From: Lepidodermella squamata
Taxonomy: Eukaryota > Animalia > Gastrotricha
Reading direction: 5' to 3'
Assembly (NCBI GenBank): GCA_047495785.1
Contig: JBLDXI010000054.1
Span: forward strand, 3,534,001-3,598,000
Length of the DNA: 64,000 bases
The notes beneath the pieces were generated by a model, which was given only the letters and a program-made list of their open reading frames with translations, was not told the origin of the DNA and did not search any database. Every line of letters begins with the position of its first letter. The stretch's first letter is position 1. The position numbers were made by a program, and so were the translations under genes. This document shows positions 52,575 to 64,000 of this stretch, one piece after another.

Positions 52575-54976
52575 TTTGATTCGGAAGAAATTACGTTACC
52601 ATTCAGAAGATGAAAAATCAAAAGGTTCATGATGTCAACAATAGCTAGCCGGTGAAACACAGGAGCCTCGGAATGTCGATTTGTGTTGTTAAAGATTTTG
52701 TGTGATCGACGTGGGAAAAAATTTGAAGGAACTAGCGTGTCGTTGTTTTGTTAATAAGCTCTTTAGGATCGCGTGCCTCCGAAATCGTTGCGTAATTTAA
52801 TTTGTTTTCATTGCTGCGCTTACAGCTCAGCGCTTTTAGTAAAAACCTTATGGGTCCTTTCCGAACTTTCCAAACGTCTTCAGATAAGCACATGCCTCCT
52901 TAACAATAGAGGCGAGATTTCCTTGCGACAACTTTATCTGTCGAAGTAGCAGATGTACTCGTTTTCAAAGGTTTACCTGCATGACTTCACTCTTGTTCAA
53001 TATTTACCTCGACTACCTCCTCCTCATTTCAATGATGTGCTTAGACAGTACCCTCAAAAATTCACCTTCAAAATTAGCATCCTCTAACAATAAAACAATG
53101 CACTTCCTTTGAATATGGGAATGAACGAAAATAAGGGTCAGTGCGCAGAGATAATGGGCCCAGAATCAGCAGATAGAATGGGCAAAGCACGACGGAGGAA
53201 CACGTGGGGGAATACTTTTAACACTCGAAATACTTGAATACTCGAATTCAAAATTATGTACCTAGGTAGGGCTAGAAACTTACAAGATTGCCCTTGTATA
53301 ATTCTTAAATGAGGGTGAAGATGCGCATATATTTCTGCTCACCTTCGACATTCATAACAAAAAATGCTTTTACAAGTTTTTTAAGTTTCAAGTTTTTGTT
53401 TTAAGTTTAAGATTCTGGTGCAGTGTACGAATAAAGAGGTGCCGTGTGCCGTACCACAGCTTGGGAGATCCAGGCAAGAAAACCTGATCATAAATTTGGG
53501 GACTACAAATACACCCCCAGCTCGAGGATCATACTTGGCTCCTGTTCTGGTGAATGCCATTCTATACCATATCATGATTCATGTCATGTCTGGATATACG
53601 ATCATCAATTTTACCCGCTATCGCAACTCTTGCCCTTATGAGAATGAGGGAATCTTCGAGTCAGGCTTTAATCCGGTTTTAATCCGGAAAAGAAAATCGT
53701 GTAAATACGACTCTTCTGCTGGTTAGGAAAACAAAACAAGTCAAAAGTCTTGAAGCCTCATTGCGGTTTATTTTAAAATATGACAAGTATTTCATCCATT
53801 TCTTGCGTAATCATCAATTGTTATCAAAGTGAATCAACAGCCGTGAAAAAACAAGGACAGCACAACAACGCGCGCCTCAGCCTTATTTTTCCCCTCATTT
53901 CAACAATTCAGCACTGATTATTGTACGTTCGGCGATCGATGCCCGGTATATTGTAGGAAAATCAAAGTCAACAAATTATTACAATATTAGTGTAGAAGCA
54001 ATTAAATCATAATAAAATCATCCGAATATGGCATAACTATAACGGGCTATATTATACTACATGCGGTAGTAAAGATTGAAGAAATCAGTAAAAACAAGGC
54101 ATTTAGTTGTTGCGTATCAAAAGAACCAGCTTCGCTCGAAGTTAAACCCCATATAGCTGACTCGCAAAATACTTCCTCTTGATAAAAAGGGAAGTTAAAC
54201 CGACGATTGTTTTGTGCTCTTTGAACAAACGTAGGAAAATGCGAAGCAATAATATTTACATGCAGTAGGATAGAATATCCAACTATAAAAAAATCACTCT
54301 AATATACCAAAAAATTAGCATCCTTTTTCATCTTCAAACAGTGAGCCAAAGCAAAACAAGTATTCCTGGCATTTTTTAACAACAATGGTGTTGATTTTTT
54401 TGCTATAATAATATTAATAATAACTGCAAAAATCGAAGAGCATTTAAGCTTGTAAACGCTGCTAATGAAAGTTGGAATTAGCGTGTTATTTATTCGAGTG
54501 TTAGCCTTTGAATGTTGACTTTTTTAGAATTGCTGTTGCCTATATTATTACACATAGGTAGAAAAAATCGGTAGTAAAGATCGAATCACAGATTTTCATC
54601 GCAAAAACAAAGACAGCGTGCGCATCAAACTACTACCGAAGGTGAAAAAAACGTCTAAGATGACGACGTCACAACACCATATCAGATGAATGAACAGGGA
54701 GTGTATCATTCGCCCATTTCAGAATGATAAATGAGGTTGATTCGAACAACTACCGTGAAGAAAACGCGCCGCCTTAATATATAATATTCAAGTGAAAAAT
54801 TTGTTCAGCAGTGAGTTCTATGTTTTGTTAAAACGGAAATGTATAATCAACAATTTTTATATTGCTAGCCACGGACCAAAAATTATGCGACTAATAACTA
54901 GACAACGCAAAGTAACAACAATTTCAGCGGCTGACATAGCACCGAATCTTGGAGGAGTAGTGGGACTTCAACTAGT

Positions 54977-62620
<7,644 letters not shown>

Positions 62621-64000
62621 CTTCAGTTATTTTCATGCAATTAATAACGGGAATGGTGCAATTTCAGCCAAAAAGTTTATCTGAATATCAGCAGCGATGC
62701 GATCGGTTGTAAATGCATGATTAAAACATAGCACTATAAAAATGATCCAAATTATTAGCCTGTTGTCGTTAGAACACCGATTAAAGATTATTAGGAACCG
62801 CGTCGATTTAACGCTAGGACGAGTCATGTTACCTGAGTATTTTATAGTTTCCTTCGACTTCTATATCGGGCGTAAAAGATCTATTTTGAATTCGACGTGT
62901 TTCGCACCGAGGTTACATTAACCAGGCAAAAACGAATGCAATGAACTTATTCGCAGGCTAGTGGAGTAATGAGTAACTAAAGCGGTAGTTTTCTATCTGA
63001 TATCTGATAGCTGTTCCCAATATAATAAGAAAAATACTTCATGGAGCACTTTGCCGACACTCATCTAAATTAAACGAGCAATAACTCGAGACAGAACAAT
63101 AACTGGCAACCGAGAAAGTATAACCGACACAGCCGACGAAGTCACATGGAACTGCCTCACCTGCCCTCAGTACTCAGTGCTCAAAAGTTAAGAGCTATTG
63201 GAGTGCAGAGTAAAGATTAGTACCATTAGTATGGGCAAATGATAAAAGTGGCCAAAGGTAAGCGTTATGGGTAAAAATATGTAGCAATATAGTTTGAAAC
63301 GTAAGATGTATCAAGTTGATAACATAACTGCACCTTATATCCTAAAACATGATATTTATATGGGATTTGGAATTCGGAGTTCTGAGTGCCTTCAATCTTC
63401 AATATCATGGCAAATATTCCGTAAAGATTCATTAGCCATCAGCTATTACACAGAGAGCAGAGCATCATAAACGCAAGAATAGCGCATGCCATAAAAAATG
63501 ACAAGAAATGCGACCTCCCAAGAGAATTCATATCGCAGTCATAGTCTTATAAACCCCAGAATGAGCCGCTACATTAGCTAGGCAGAGTCTCTTGGGAAAT
63601 GCGTGGGCCAAAAGAATCACGTAAAAAATTCAATTTTGAATTTTTGCGTTGGCACAACAGCAATCGGCCTTGATGCATATAATTAAGAACACCATAATAA
63701 TCATGAACAATATTTAAAAATTGCTTTACAAAATTTTTCCAAATTGTGGCGGGAAATTCATTGGCGGCAAGTTCATCTTCTCAGCTCAAACCTTTTGAAA
63801 AGTGTATCGACTGGTATCGCTTCCAGCTAGGTCCCTGACGGAGTGTATCGCGACTTTAATTGCGAGTTTCTGACACGCATACGCCCGCAGCCACCGCTTA
63901 AGGAGGTAGACTTGGATGGCCTACAGTGTCGAATTCGTAAAAAACGTTTTATCCGTAATGTAGTTTTCTAGCTTTTGTATACGATTGTGACAAGAGTCCC

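Overview
Eukaryotic (invertebrate animal, probably spiralian) genomic window with compact genes and short GT-AG introns, mostly 49-63 nt. Recognisable genes are a Wnt9-like ligand, two tandem secreted PI-PLC X-domain (PLCXD) proteins, a serine palmitoyltransferase small subunit, an atypical Rab7/9-like GTPase and two intronless GABA-B-like class C GPCRs. There are also an LRR-Ig single-pass receptor, beta-tubulin, a chitin-binding + LamG (Pif-like) secreted protein, three tandem monoglyceride lipases, DDX31 and MAGI, plus several orphan genes. The most notable observation is a cluster of three same-strand secreted peptide-precursor genes (4.1-10.4 kb). Two of them only become visible after manual splicing. 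All end in RY[L/V/F]-G amidation signals after a cysteine pair, and I do not recognise the family. Several co-directional gene pairs lie only 123-184 nt apart with acceptor-like sites just before the ATG, suggesting operon/trans-splicing organisation. All exon boundaries were derived by eye and no database searches were run.
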